64,000 bases of DNA, from NCBI GenBank assembly GCA_038230075.1, contig JBBRNV010000005.1:14071-78070 (forward strand), written 5' to 3'. Source of the DNA: Minisyncoccia bacterium (GTDB lineage: Bacteria > Patescibacteriota > Minisyncoccia > Phycocordibacterales > CALRBL01). Positions 28,433 to 38,733 of this stretch are shown one piece after another; the first letter of the stretch is position 1, and each line of letters begins with the position of its first letter. A model generated the notes under the pieces. It was not told where the DNA came from. It searched no databases and saw only the letters and a program-made list of their open reading frames with translations. A program made the translations under genes and the position numbers.

Positions 28433-28891
28433 TTATATTACCAAATGAGAGATACAAGCCAACATAATACCAATTGGTATCCAAATAAAATATTCCTTCG
28501 GAGCTATTAACCACCAATTATCGCGATGCCACCAAATCTTTTCTTTTCTGAAGTTCTTCAAACCATATGCAGGATTAAGCAGAAACCATAAAAAGTCTTC
28601 GAATACCCAAAATAGAATAAACAATGCGAGCAACTGAAGTTCTATCGCAAGTGATAGAGATTGAAATAAATAGACGACATGAAGAATAAATAATATGAAT
28701 GCGTTGATCCAAACATGGTATCCAGTTGCTGGTCTTCGTCCAAAAAATAATCTACTTATCCAGTGTTCTTTTGACACTTTCCATGTTGGTAAATTCTCTG
28801 CCCACCCAGCTGACCCTTCAATAGTAATTTCTACTTTTGCGAAGAAGAAGCTAGCAATTAGAATAAAGAGGAGTGAAGACAGGATGTTCAT
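28433..28891 (-). CDS. Hypothetical membrane protein
   Basis: Hydrophobic; IEG..GWA..LPTW, EDFLWF.LNP. Confidence 0.7.
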   Translation of the reverse strand: MNILSSLLFILIASFFFAKVEITIEGSAGWAENLPTWKVSKEHWISRLFFGRRPATGYHVWINAFILFILHVVYLFQSLSLAIELQLLALFILFWVFEDFLWFLLNPAYGLKNFRKEKIWWHRDNWWLIAPKEYFIWIPIGIMLACISHLVI

Positions 28892-28910
28892 AGTAGTGAA
28901 TAACTAAATC

Positions 28911-30058
28911 TTATTTTCCTTCCAAAATAATCTTTTTATAAAGCTCTATTAAACTTTTAGCAATAGTTGCACTTCCAAATTGTTTGGAAGTTTTAATAGC
29001 TTCTGCTGATAACTTTTCTCGGAATGATACATCTTTGAGAATCTGATCTATTCGCTCAACACCTTCTGTTTGCGAAGAAACAATAAAACCATTCTCGCCA
29101 TTACGGATTATTTCAGGCGCTACACCCACCGCATATGTAATAGGGATAAGCCCTTGAGACATGCCTTCAATAAGACTCAGAGAAAACCCCTCATAACGTG
29201 ATGAGATAAAAAGAATACTTCCTCGAAGGGGTCGCAATAACTCTGGCAGCTTATCCTTTTGAACATTAAGGTGTAGTGAGTGGTGAGAAATTTTTGAACG
29301 AAGCCATGCACCAAGCGGCTTATTAATGGTCATACAAAATGTAGATTTTGGCACATCTGGAAATTTTTGATACATGTGAATCAAGCGATCCAAACCTTTC
29401 AGTTTTAAGGTGAAAGCATCATTACCAAGTCTCCCAAAAAAACAATATGCGGAGCAGTTGTTAGAATCGACTGTTCTAAAGCATCGAACCAGTAGTCTTC
29501 GATGGCATTGTGAATCAAATAAATTTTATTCTGATCAATACCACATGAAATCAGCTCCTTACGAACATTCTCTGATGTAGCAATCACCGCTGTCGCACGA
29601 GAAGCAACATAACTCTCAACGTCGGCAATATCTCGAAGTGGTTTTCGTGTCTGAATATTTAGTTCTGATATAGCCCCGTCTTTTTTGAGCTTGTACCACA
29701 CCTTGCGACAGCCGTTTTCCAGCTTACTTGCGAATGGTGTTGAACTTAGGAAACCTTTGGTCGTTGAGCCGAAATGACAAACTACAGGTACTGGATATGC
29801 CAAAAATGGAAGAGCTGTGTATGTTGTCCCTTGGATAAGGCTATACTTGAGAATTTCTTTTCTGCGCTCAAGCAAGGAATAGAAGAATAATATATTCTTG
29901 ATGCCACCAAAGTGAACAGGTGTATCAATGAGTGATGTTTTAGGGTAGAAATTTTTAATCTCCACACTTGACTCCTTCAACTTTGAAGCCATGAGATCAT
30001 TGATGTAATGAGCTCCTGTTCCGATTTTCTTTTCATTGTGAATAAAGGCAACTTTCAT
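28911..30058 (-). pseudogene. GT4 glycosyltransferase split by a 1-nt frameshift (ORFs 29405-30058 and 28911-29393)
   Basis: N-half ends ..IHNAI..HIVF; a frame change at TTTTTTTGGG gives G-R-L-G-N-D-A-F-T-L-K-L-K-G-L-D-R into the C-half with SRYEGFSLSLIEGM. Confidence 0.8.
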
Positions 30059-30095
30059 GATGGTTCATATCTTATAATCCAAAACAATCCCACAA

Positions 30096-30170
30096 TGGGT
30101 GCCTATCGGGATTTGAACCCGAACTGAGAGTTCCACAAACTCTAGTGCTAACCATTACACTATAAGCACC
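30096..30170 (-). tRNA. tRNA-His(GTG)
   Basis: Cloverleaf, anticodon GTG, encoded G-1 and CCA. Confidence 0.93.
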
Positions 30171-30214
30171 ATATACGAAAACGCGACCATCTTTAACCCT
30201 AACTGCGTATCGTG

Positions 30215-30298
30215 TGCACAGGAGAGGACTCGAACCTCCATACCCTTGCGGGCGCTACCACCTCAAGGTAGTACGTCTACCAGTTTCGCCACCTGTGC
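30215..30298 (-). tRNA. tRNA-Leu(GAG)
   Basis: Cloverleaf with long variable arm; ctacc-tt-GAG-gt-ggtag. Confidence 0.93.
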
Positions 30299-30438
30299 AT
30301 TACTTGAATCTATCCTAGATCAAGCAACATAACAATACATCATAAAGTGGCTTATTTCCAAGGATTTTTGACTATTCCGTCTATTGACATTCTCATTAAT
30401 ATGTGATAATATATAGGAGTAATCAACTAATCAATTAT

Positions 30439-32316
30439 ATGAATATTCTATCCATCAAAAACAAGGTAATTTCAAAGATTTTCACAGGTCTCATGACTGC
30501 GCTTGTTACTTTTGGAGCAGCTGGAATCGCAGAAGCTACGAGCTATATTCCACTCAGTGATACATATAACATTAGTCTTTCTCCTTCTGTGGCAACCCTT
30601 AGTTCATCTGAATACGTTACGATTAACTTCAACCAGGTTCTCACAGATGCAATTTCAAATCTCTCCGTTGCAGTCTACGACCAACAGCATAATCTTATCA
30701 GCGACAACCGACTTGATTCATACAAGTTTGTTCAAACACATTATCCTTTAGCACAGACCGATGTCATGTGTTACTACCCTACCGACGATGGAATTGGACA
30801 ATACCACATTCCAAACTGTGGTGGATATCTTTATGCTACTCAATTTCAAGCAAAGGTAACAGACCTTGTTTCTAATGCGGGCACATACTCAATCAATATT
30901 CATCAAACATATACAAACGGATATGCAAATTCACTTCGAAATATTCTAAGCAACACTGTTACTCTTACTGTTACCTCAACATCAACAGATCTCGATACTA
31001 TTACAATCACATCAACAGACTCTCTAAGTCATCCTGCAAATACAGCAACAACTATTGCCTTTAGTGCAGGTCTCAGTTATGGATACGCACAAACAACATT
31101 TAACACATCACGAAGTCAAACAGTTCCAGGAATGACATTTACTCAAGGATACGCTCCTTGCGAATTAGGAATGGCATGTACTCAGAATTATGTTGCAAAC
31201 GCATTATTTCTTTCAGGAACACCAACAACACCAGGAACATACCAAATTGTAATTGATGCAACACAGTCTCTCTATCCTCAGTGCGCAGCTCCAATTGATG
31301 GAATTGCAATAGGATGTGATCAAGTTATTGAACATGGAACAAAAACTTTCACTCTTACTATTACTCAAAATCAGGTGATACAAACTGAAAACATTTCTTT
31401 CTCATATCCAGTTAACGCTCAGGTATTAAATTACAACAACGGTCACTGGTACATGTTTAAGGTTCAGTCATCAACTCAGAATTCACATGTTGCATCATAC
31501 CGATACACCCTTACTCAAAATGGAAATACTATTATTAATAGTCGGCTCGTTGGTTCAACAGGAGAATTCGCAGTAGGCCCAACAGATGCTGAATACAATT
31601 CTATTCAACGAGGAAACCTGACAGTAACCGCAACAGGATACTCAAATGCTGCAGGAACTGTTCAGATCACTAACCCAGTATCTATCACTATTTCGATTGC
31701 AGATCTTGGCAATCCAAATCCTTCAAACCCTGGAAACTCAAATGGAACAATCACAGGAACATTTGGATTCACTTTCCCAACATATCCATTCAATCAAAGT
31801 CTGGAACGAGGAAATACGTATCCAGTTTCTTGGAACCAGACAATTAACGGCGCAACGGTTGGAGACCTCTATCTTACAAGTCGACGTGGTGATGTCATTG
31901 CTTCGCAGTTAATTGCACACAATGTTTCTATTGCAAACAACTCATATTCAGTAACAATTCCTTCTAACACCCAGCTGTATGATGGTTCTGTGTGGAACTT
32001 CCAATTCATTGTTGCTGTAGGAACTGCAAACGCTCAAACATTTCGAAGTAACAACTTTGCAATCGTTGATCGTCAGCCAACTTCAGAAGAAATTACAAAT
32101 CGAAACTTGAAACTTCAGGCAGAATATAATGCACAGTTCCCTACTACTTCATATTTATCACAGTATCAATATTCACAAGCTAATCAGACACAAACAACTA
32201 ACTACGCAGCAAAAGTTGCAGCTCCACAGCAAACATTCCAAATCGCGTGGCCAACTACAAGCTATAGTTACCAGAACCAATATCAGTACCAGCCTTCATA
32301 TAACTATTCGTACTAA
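30439..32316 (+). CDS. Secreted Thr/Ser-rich beta-domain surface protein
   Basis: Signal peptide; LSGTPTTPGTY Ig-like motif; domains shared with 51917-54901; Q/Y-rich tail. Confidence 0.75.
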   Translation: MNILSIKNKVISKIFTGLMTALVTFGAAGIAEATSYIPLSDTYNISLSPSVATLSSSEYVTINFNQVLTDAISNLSVAVYDQQHNLISDNRLDSYKFVQTHYPLAQTDVMCYYPTDDGIGQYHIPNCGGYLYATQFQAKVTDLVSNAGTYSINIHQTYTNGYANSLRNILSNTVTLTVTSTSTDLDTITITSTDSLSHPANTATTIAFSAGLSYGYAQTTFNTSRSQTVPGMTFTQGYAPCELGMACTQNYVANALFLSGTPTTPGTYQIVIDATQSLYPQCAAPIDGIAIGCDQVIEHGTKTFTLTITQNQVIQTENISFSYPVNAQVLNYNNGHWYMFKVQSSTQNSHVASYRYTLTQNGNTIINSRLVGSTGEFAVGPTDAEYNSIQRGNLTVTATGYSNAAGTVQITNPVSITISIADLGNPNPSNPGNSNGTITGTFGFTFPTYPFNQSLERGNTYPVSWNQTINGATVGDLYLTSRRGDVIASQLIAHNVSIANNSYSVTIPSNTQLYDGSVWNFQFIVAVGTANAQTFRSNNFAIVDRQPTSEEITNRNLKLQAEYNAQFPTTSYLSQYQYSQANQTQTTNYAAKVAAPQQTFQIAWPTTSYSYQNQYQYQPSYNYSY

Positions 32317-32331
32317 ACACATTGAATAGAT

Positions 32332-32368
32332 AAACAAAAACCTCGCACATGATGCGAGGTTTTTGTTT
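32332..32368. terminator. Bidirectional terminator
   Basis: aaacaaaaacctcgca / tgcgaggtttttgttt between convergent genes. Confidence 0.8.
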
Positions 32369-32377
32369 TAATTTTTG

Positions 32378-32839
32378 TTAGACAGTTGCTGCTTCTACTG
32401 GATCATCTTGTTTCTTGCTGACTGCTTTTGCTTGAGAAGTTTTTCGGGTGTCGAGAATTTCCATTTTCATTCGCTTACTAATTTCTTTTGCTGCTTTGTC
32501 TCGGATGAAATATAGTTTTGATCGTCTTACTTTTGATCGTCGTGTCATTTCAATCTTTTCGATCGCTGGAGAATAGAGGGGAAAGATTCGTTCTACTCCC
32601 ACACCTTCTGAGACTTTTCGCACAGTAAACGTTCCTCCAGATTCTGTTCCATGCTTTCGAGCAAGAACCAATCCTTCGAATACCTGTAATCGAATCTTTC
32701 CTTTTTCTTGAATTCGCTGATGAACACGAACAGTATCACCAGTTTGCATATCTAGGTTTTTTCGTTCATCTCGGTCAATTGGAGGAAGTTTCATCGCTCC
32801 AGCTGCTTTTCCATCGTCTTTTTTTGCTACTTTTGCCAT
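32378..32839 (-). CDS. rplS: 50S ribosomal protein L19
   Basis: [40 protein letters not shown]. Confidence 0.96.
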   Translation of the reverse strand: MAKVAKKDDGKAAGAMKLPPIDRDERKNLDMQTGDTVRVHQRIQEKGKIRLQVFEGLVLARKHGTESGGTFTVRKVSEGVGVERIFPLYSPAIEKIEMTRRSKVRRSKLYFIRDKAAKEISKRMKMEILDTRKTSQAKAVSKKQDDPVEAATV

Positions 32840-32881
32840 ATAATATTAGATTTTATATACGTTATTTGTCATGGCAATCTA

Positions 32882-33709
32882 TCATGAGAACTTGATTTCA
32901 GCAAGAGCATGGCTAAAATCATCAGGATATGGGGCTACAGCCTTCACTTTCTTGCCCTTAGGGTCAGAAAACTCAAGTTTATAGGCGTGAAGTGCCACTC
33001 GCTTAAAGCCAAACAAAGGCTTTCTTTTTGGAGCATAGAGGTGGTCGGCAACCAGAGGATGATTGATAGCTTTCATATGAACTCGAATCTGATGAGTTCG
33101 CCCTGTTTGAGGCATCACTTCAACAAAACTATATGGTTCATAGACTTTGTTTTCTTTACTATCAGCTTCTTTTTTTAAACTCTTTTTGGCAGAAGCAACT
33201 TCTTTTCCTCCGATATCAGTTGGAAAATCTGTTTCAATGGCTGCCCCTCGTGCCAATACTTTAAAATCGGTCACCGCTTCTCGAGCTTCTCCTCTTCCTC
33301 CACGTTGTGCAGACCACAATCTAAAATCATTTTTAGCACGAGAAATTGGTCGATCAATGGTTCCTTCATCTTCTTTTATTTGTCCATATGTAAATGCGTG
33401 ATATGTCTTATGCATATCTCTTGTTTGAAACTTTTCTTTCAAGAATTCAAACATTGTTTGTGTCTTTGCCACAATCATCACGCCTGAGGTGTCTCGATCA
33501 AGTCGATGAACAATTCCTGGGCGATTAATAGTGACACCAGTTGAAAGTTTAAGTGGTTCACCGACTTCTTTAACACCAGGGAAATGTTCACACACCCAAT
33601 CAACAACAGTTGGCTCTTTGGTTTTTCCATCGGCATGCACAATAAGCCCTGCTGGCTTATTAATGATGATGTATTCTTTTGTTTCGAGAAGGATGGTTGG
33701 GGTTTTCAT
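32882..33709 (-). CDS. RluA/RluD-family pseudouridine synthase
   Basis: NKPAGLIVH, HRLDRDTSG, TGRTHQIRVH, LHA. Confidence 0.92.
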   Translation of the reverse strand: MKTPTILLETKEYIIINKPAGLIVHADGKTKEPTVVDWVCEHFPGVKEVGEPLKLSTGVTINRPGIVHRLDRDTSGVMIVAKTQTMFEFLKEKFQTRDMHKTYHAFTYGQIKEDEGTIDRPISRAKNDFRLWSAQRGGRGEAREAVTDFKVLARGAAIETDFPTDIGGKEVASAKKSLKKEADSKENKVYEPYSFVEVMPQTGRTHQIRVHMKAINHPLVADHLYAPKRKPLFGFKRVALHAYKLEFSDPKGKKVKAVAPYPDDFSHALAEIKFS

Positions 33710-33729
33710 TTGTATGCTTAGAGTAAAGG

Positions 33730-33759
33730 AAAACGGCGCAGATGTCACTTCTGCGCCGG
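33730..33759 (-). terminator. Intrinsic terminator of the ClpP-like gene
   Basis: Minus strand cggcgcaga-agtgaca-tctgcgccg then T4. Confidence 0.6.
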
Positions 33760-33780
33760 ATCCGATGAATCGATTGATAA

Positions 33781-34302
33781 TCAATCCATGATGGTTGCGA
33801 TACCAAATTCTTCGCACTGAGGGGCCGTAAGCTTAAGCACCCCTGAGATAGAGAACTGATGAAGCAGTTGTTTGCCGATTGAAAGATCTTTAACTGCGGC
33901 TCTCGTTTTGGTAATCATTTCGACAACTGCTCGATTGACTGAGTTCGGAAGATTCACAGCTCCCGCTGCAGAAACGTCGATATCAGCCAAAGAGATATTG
34001 AGATTACCAAGATGGAAGGCCAACTCTCCTGTCCGAACTATTTCACGAGACGAACAAGATAGGGCAATCATTGCGGCGATGGAAGAAGCGTTGTAGATGA
34101 CCGCATGAGTCTTAAAGGAGGCTCGTTTGATGAACTCACAGAGCTTGAGGCCCTTTTGTGAGTCTCCTCCTTCACTCATAATGACGATGGTGATACCTTC
34201 TTCGTCGGAAAAACCCTCCTTACTCGCGATGATTTTCAACTGCTCACCAAATGCATCCAATCTCTTTCGAGATAGATGCCCTGACAAAAGGACAACTTTC
34301 AT
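33781..34302 (-). CDS. Divergent ClpP/crotonase-fold protein
   Basis: SEGGD ~ SPGG, ASSIAAMI (nucleophile Ser), AFH, C.EFGIA ~ A.EYGL; AGGAGG upstream. Confidence 0.6.
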   Translation of the reverse strand: MKVVLLSGHLSRKRLDAFGEQLKIIASKEGFSDEEGITIVIMSEGGDSQKGLKLCEFIKRASFKTHAVIYNASSIAAMIALSCSSREIVRTGELAFHLGNLNISLADIDVSAAGAVNLPNSVNRAVVEMITKTRAAVKDLSIGKQLLHQFSISGVLKLTAPQCEEFGIATIMD

Positions 34303-34381
34303 TAACATTCCTCCTAAAAGGTTTGAGGTTTGACCGACACTTGCTATAATACCTTTATTACTATTAAACAATTTTATATAT

Positions 34382-34660
34382 ATGTCAATATAAGAACAGA
34401 ATAATGTTGCCCTATCTGCCGATCAGCAAGCAGCGATTGATTTAGTAATGAAAGACTTCACGATTAACCAACCAGGAAGAGAATAGGTTGTTCAAAATAT
34501 TATAAACAGCATTAAATCAGGCAAAGACAAGTTGGGAGAGCCTATTGAAGATTACGGAGAATACGTAAATGCCGCTCTTGCAGCAGCTGCAGAAGTTCCA
34601 GACGCATCAACTGTCGAAGGACATATCACAAAAATTCTTAACCCGGAACTTAACGACTAA
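34382..34660 (+). pseudogene. Small gene interrupted by two in-frame stops
   Basis: MSI*EQNNVALSADQQAAIDLVMKDFTINQPGRE*VVQNIINSIKSGKDKLGEPIEDYGEYVNAALAAAAEV...; protein-like composition in one frame. Confidence 0.5.
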
Positions 34661-34734
34661 GAATCTGTTCGAAGTCGGAAAAGTGGCCGCTTGATAAAAA
34701 AAAGGTTATGAGATACGCTATCTCTGCGTATCGA

Positions 34735-34810
34735 GGGAGATTAGCTCAGTTGGTAGAGCAACTCATTTACACTGAGAAGGTCACAGGTTCGAGTCCTGTA
34801 TCTCCCACCA
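34735..34810 (+). tRNA. tRNA-Val(TAC)
   Basis: 76-nt cloverleaf, anticodon TAC, CCA end. Confidence 0.95.
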
Positions 34811-34826
34811 TTGTTAGAATAACTTG

Positions 34827-34898
34827 TGCTCCCGGTTGGAATCGAACCAACATTGACGGCTTAGAAGTCCGCAGTTCTATCCATTGAACTACGGGAGC
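34827..34898 (-). tRNA. tRNA-Arg(TCT)
   Basis: Cloverleaf, loop ct-TCT-aa. Confidence 0.9.
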
Positions 34899-34947
34899 GT
34901 TGTTTGTGTAGATGGAATATATCAAAGACTAGAGAATACTCCAATCT

Positions 34948-35259
34948 TTAAAGTGCCGGATCGGGAATGTCTGACGCATCTGGCTTTTGATCATTCAAGT
35001 GTGCCAGATGGTCTTCGTAATAAGAAATCACCGCATCGGTTTGTAATTTTGATTGTGTAGCAGCATCAGAAGTGAGAAGAGTTGGTCTTTCGACAGAGTC
35101 TTCAATCGGTGTGTAATAAAGGTACAAAGCAAAAACTGTATGGAGAAGCACAGCCAATGTTGAAAAAATAATGAGAATCGTCCAGTCACGATCTGCATGT
35201 CTCGAAGGAGGTGTGTACGTTTTTTGTTTTTTAAAGATACTTGATAGTGAGAATTTCAT
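34948..35259 (-). CDS. Single-TM protein at the end of the pilMNO operon
   Basis: RDW + TM helix; operon position. Confidence 0.6.
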   Translation of the reverse strand: MKFSLSSIFKKQKTYTPPSRHADRDWTILIIFSTLAVLLHTVFALYLYYTPIEDSVERPTLLTSDAATQSKLQTDAVISYYEDHLAHLNDQKPDASDIPDPAL

Positions 35260-35260
35260 A

Positions 35261-35824
35261 TTATTGTGTTGGATTTACGTCTTTTTGCTTTAAGACAGAG
35301 AAAGATATTGCTGCTCCCCACTGACTTTCTTTCGACACCTTATCATCTGAATTACTTCCATTTGCCTGAAGATTAACGTGACTGATATTTATTTTATACG
35401 GCAACGATTCAAGGGTGGTTAACACATTAACAACGTCGTGCCACAAACCATTACTTTGAACATCAAGACTGAGCGATTCAAGATCTGCAATTGAAGTAGA
35501 GTCGGTGACATTGATCCCAATGATGGTGGTGGTTGCTCCACTACTTTGTGTTTCAGACTCTACCAACTCAACAAACTTTACTGTTTGATCAGGTTGCACA
35601 GTGTACGCTAATAATTTTTGTTTTCTGTCAGAAGCGTCATTGGTGAGCTCTTTCAAATGCTTCATGCTTTGTGTTTCTTGTGTTCTGTCGGCCAACTCTT
35701 TTGAGAGATCGTGAACTCGTTTCGATGTTGTATTAATGGTGTACATACCATATGCATACACACCTCCAAAAATAAATGTTAGAAGAATCATGAGAACAAG
35801 TGATGTGTGTCTGAATTTATTCAT
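35261..35824 (-). CDS. PilO-like type IV pilus alignment protein
   Basis: TM + coiled coil + G.W..V...L..LE.LPY; follows pilM-pilN. Confidence 0.65.
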   Translation of the reverse strand: MNKFRHTSLVLMILLTFIFGGVYAYGMYTINTTSKRVHDLSKELADRTQETQSMKHLKELTNDASDRKQKLLAYTVQPDQTVKFVELVESETQSSGATTTIIGINVTDSTSIADLESLSLDVQSNGLWHDVVNVLTTLESLPYKINISHVNLQANGSNSDDKVSKESQWGAAISFSVLKQKDVNPTQ

Positions 35825-36356
35825 GATGTTTAAGAATAATATGAATATTAAATCCAATGTTTGAACTTTTTGTTAAATCAGAAATGGGAGAATCAACACT
35901 TTGCACATCACTTACCCGAGCGAGTTGCTGTTTAAACGAAACAAGCGCTTCTCTTGTTTTAGCCGAACCACTTATTTCAACAGTTCCCTGTTCTCCGAGC
36001 GACACTCCAATATGGTCGAGAGTTATTCCAGCAACACGGGCCCGAACTACATTCTCAATCACTCGTGAATATGTCGAAGAAGAAGCTGTTGGTGTAAGTG
36101 CTGTGGTTAAATCTTTCACATCTCGAAGTGTTCCTGAAAGTGGAGTTGAGGCACTGTCTCCCAACTGAATCTTAAGAGCATCACTCCGTGTCTGAAGTTC
36201 ATTAATTTTTGTTGTAGAAATAATATATGAAGGAATGATTGAAACCACCGCGATGAATAATCCCGAAGCCAAAAAACCAAACAAAATAGTTGCCACGCGT
36301 AAACGATATTCTCGTTCTAACTTCTTTCTGTGTTGGCGTGGAATAAGATTAAACAT
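35817..36356 (-). CDS. pilN: PilN-like protein
   Basis: N-terminal NLIP, TM, ISGSA.TREAL..F. Confidence 0.75.
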   Translation of the reverse strand: MFNLIPRQHRKKLEREYRLRVATILFGFLASGLFIAVVSIIPSYIISTTKINELQTRSDALKIQLGDSASTPLSGTLRDVKDLTTALTPTASSSTYSRVIENVVRARVAGITLDHIGVSLGEQGTVEISGSAKTREALVSFKQQLARVSDVQSVDSPISDLTKSSNIGFNIHIILKHHE

Positions 36357-37431
36357 GAGGATTGTGTAATCGAGGAAGTGCTAATCCGATTGCTGGACCA
36401 TATCGAAGAGAATCTTCAAACGAAATTGGTGGAATGTAGTCGTCGAACGAACACACGTTTGTCCAAATATTTCCAATCTCTGCAGGCACTTTGATTGATT
36501 GAGAAATGTGATCGACGAATCCTGGAACACTTGCGTCGTCTCCGCAGAGAATAATTTTTTGAATACGTGGCTTTTCTACAGTCACCCCCTTGTGAGTGTG
36601 CCAGTACACATACACTCGCTCAATTTCTTCTTTAAGAACTGATGCGGGGCCCGCCATCGCAGAAAGCATTTCAGAATTCTCTTTTGTTTTAACGAATCCT
36701 TTTTCTTTTTTCATTTTCTCAGCCTCAACAGGAGTAATATTAAATTGCTTTGCGATTCCTTCGGTGAAATTTCGTGATCCTATTTGAATCGTTGAAGTGA
36801 ATTGCACACTATCTTGCGACACCACAAAGAGACCAGTTTTGCTTTCTCTAATATTAACCAAGAAATATGCATTCATGTCGTTTCCTTTAATCACCGCCTT
36901 CGAAAGTGCTTGAGGCTCAATCAAGAATGAAAGAGGAGTAAGGCCTGCCTTAGCGAATAAGTCGATATAGTTTTGCACAACCTCTTCAGGAAGCACCGTT
37001 ACAGCAACAACCACTTCCCCGTTTCCAACGTCTCCGATAAGTCGAAAATCAAAAATAGATTCCGCTGGTGAAATTGGCACATTTTCTTCAAGACTGAATT
37101 CGATCGAACTTCGCATCTCAGCTTCTGAACCAATCGGTACTTTAGTTTCAAATAAATATGCTCGCTCTTCAGGAAGAGATGCTTCAATAAACTGAAGGTT
37201 GTACTTCTTTTTCCACTCAGTCAAAATATCAACAAGATTAGTGTGCTTTGAAATATCTTCAGAGAAGTTAACGGGATATTTCAAGTCGGCTGATGCATAT
37301 TGAGAGACCTCAAGTGAATGCTCTTTTGCTTCGAGAGAAATGAGGTTAACTGAGAATTGAGTAATATCAATTCCCGCTGTTGGCATCTTTAGATACTTAG
37401 GAGTTGGAAAAAACTTAAAAAACAAACTCAT
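36349..37431 (-). CDS. pilM: Type IV pilus assembly protein PilM
   Basis: GIDI, actin-like fold, AE..K...G, ILCG, AIGLAL. Confidence 0.85.
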   Translation of the reverse strand: MSLFFKFFPTPKYLKMPTAGIDITQFSVNLISLEAKEHSLEVSQYASADLKYPVNFSEDISKHTNLVDILTEWKKKYNLQFIEASLPEERAYLFETKVPIGSEAEMRSSIEFSLEENVPISPAESIFDFRLIGDVGNGEVVVAVTVLPEEVVQNYIDLFAKAGLTPLSFLIEPQALSKAVIKGNDMNAYFLVNIRESKTGLFVVSQDSVQFTSTIQIGSRNFTEGIAKQFNITPVEAEKMKKEKGFVKTKENSEMLSAMAGPASVLKEEIERVYVYWHTHKGVTVEKPRIQKIILCGDDASVPGFVDHISQSIKVPAEIGNIWTNVCSFDDYIPPISFEDSLRYGPAIGLALPRLHNPHV

Positions 37432-37485
37432 GATGAAATTATATCATGCTCGGCAAAAAAATTAATGACTAACGTAAAGAATTTA

Positions 37486-37821
37486 TTATGAAATTCGAGA
37501 ACCCGGTGTTACTTCAGATGAAGCAGTGAGAAGTGCAAATCTTCCCTCAGTATCAGAAACAGCAAGAATCATACCGTTACTTTCAAGTCCAAAAATTGTT
37601 CGAGGTGCTAAGTTGGTTGCGAAAGGAAATTCTTTTCCAATCAACCATTCAAGGTTTTCAACTTTCTGAGCAATTCCTGAGATAATCTGACGCGGTGAAG
37701 CCTCGCTAAAATCAACCATTAATTTCAAAAGCTTTTCACTTCCTTCTACCTTTTCAACTGAAATAACCTTTCCTATTTTAATTTCTACTTTTTTAAAGTC
37801 GTCGATGGTGATGTGTTCCAT
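37486..37821 (-). CDS. tRNA-binding OB-fold protein (MetRS C-terminal/Trbp111/CsaA-like)
   Basis: ITIDDFKKVEIKIG, KLLKL.VD, RQIISGI, NLAPR, SNGMILA. Confidence 0.88.
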   Translation of the reverse strand: MEHITIDDFKKVEIKIGKVISVEKVEGSEKLLKLMVDFSEASPRQIISGIAQKVENLEWLIGKEFPFATNLAPRTIFGLESNGMILAVSDTEGRFALLTASSEVTPGSRIS

Positions 37822-37825
37822 ATAT

Positions 37826-38257
37826 TTATATTCCTTTTTTATGCATTTCTTTATCAAGAAAACTCTGAAGAATAATAGCTGCGGCTGATGCATCTAGCAT
37901 ATCATGAGCTCCTTGAATATGTGTTGCTTGGTGAGACGTGAGAAACTCTGGCTCAAAAAAAATAGGAAGCTTTGAAGCTTTTTTAATATCATCAGCAAAA
38001 ATAATAACGTCTTTCATGATTGGATTCATATTTCCACTAAACGTTCGAGACTCTCCAATTACAATTCCTATTGGCTTTGACTCTTTTATCAATCTCATCA
38101 CTTCTTTAATGAGCCCTGGAGAATTTTTAATAACAGCCTGAGGAAAGGCTAATCGGGCATGATCGTCTGAGATGGCAACACCTACTCGTTTTGAGCCGTA
38201 ATCGACTCCTATATATTTCTCGATTTGGGGATTTTTGGGCGATGCCTTCTTTTTCAT
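37826..38257 (-). CDS. ruvX: YqgF/RuvX nuclease
   Basis: GVDYGSKRVGVAISD, E..TS, DASAAAIILQSFLD. Confidence 0.9.
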   Translation of the reverse strand: MKKKASPKNPQIEKYIGVDYGSKRVGVAISDDHARLAFPQAVIKNSPGLIKEVMRLIKESKPIGIVIGESRTFSGNMNPIMKDVIIFADDIKKASKLPIFFEPEFLTSHQATHIQGAHDMLDASAAAIILQSFLDKEMHKKGI

Positions 38258-38318
38258 AATTTCATACTACTCTATACCCCCTATTTTCCCAACTCTCACA
38301 GGATGCTAGTATAAATGC

Positions 38319-38603
38319 ATGAACCTTCTCACTTCACTTGGCCTAACTCAAACACAAGGAACACTTTTTCTTTTATTTAGCATTTTGTGGATTCTCCCTT
38401 GGAAAGCTATCGGCCTCTGGAAAGCTTCTCAAAATGGTCACAAATGGTGGTTTGTTTTCATCTTCATCATTAACACGTTCGCTCTTTTAGAGATCTATTA
38501 CATCTTCTTTGGTGCTGAGCGACAAATTGAAAAAGACCTTCTGAAGGAAGAAGTCGAGGAATCAGATCAAAATCGACACTCTCAAGAGGATGACTCTCAA
38601 TAG
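38319..38603 (+). CDS. Small membrane protein (DUF5652-like)
   Basis: W.LPWK.IGLWKA......WF.....INT..LLEI.Y. Confidence 0.7.
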   Translation: MNLLTSLGLTQTQGTLFLLFSILWILPWKAIGLWKASQNGHKWWFVFIFIINTFALLEIYYIFFGAERQIEKDLLKEEVEESDQNRHSQEDDSQ

Positions 38604-38643
38604 AAAGTTGTAAAAGTCTATAAATAAGGTTATAAATGACCAC

Positions 38644-38733
38644 GGAGGAGTGGCAGAGTGGTCTATCGCACTTGTCTTGAAAACAAGAGTCCCTTCACGG
38701 GGACCGTGAGTTCGAATCTCACCTCCTCCGCCA
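38644..38733 (+). tRNA. tRNA-Ser(TGA); integration target
   Basis: 90-nt cloverleaf with long variable arm, anticodon TGA; the terminal CA comes from the element. Confidence 0.95.

Noticed and set aside
34382-34660. Stop-codon reassignment
   Set aside because: Two different stops are involved, and TAA, TAG and TGA all terminate conserved genes normally in this window
34948-37431. Missing pilQ as a novelty
   Set aside because: Expected for CPR type IV pilus loci without an outer-membrane secretin; it may also lie elsewhere
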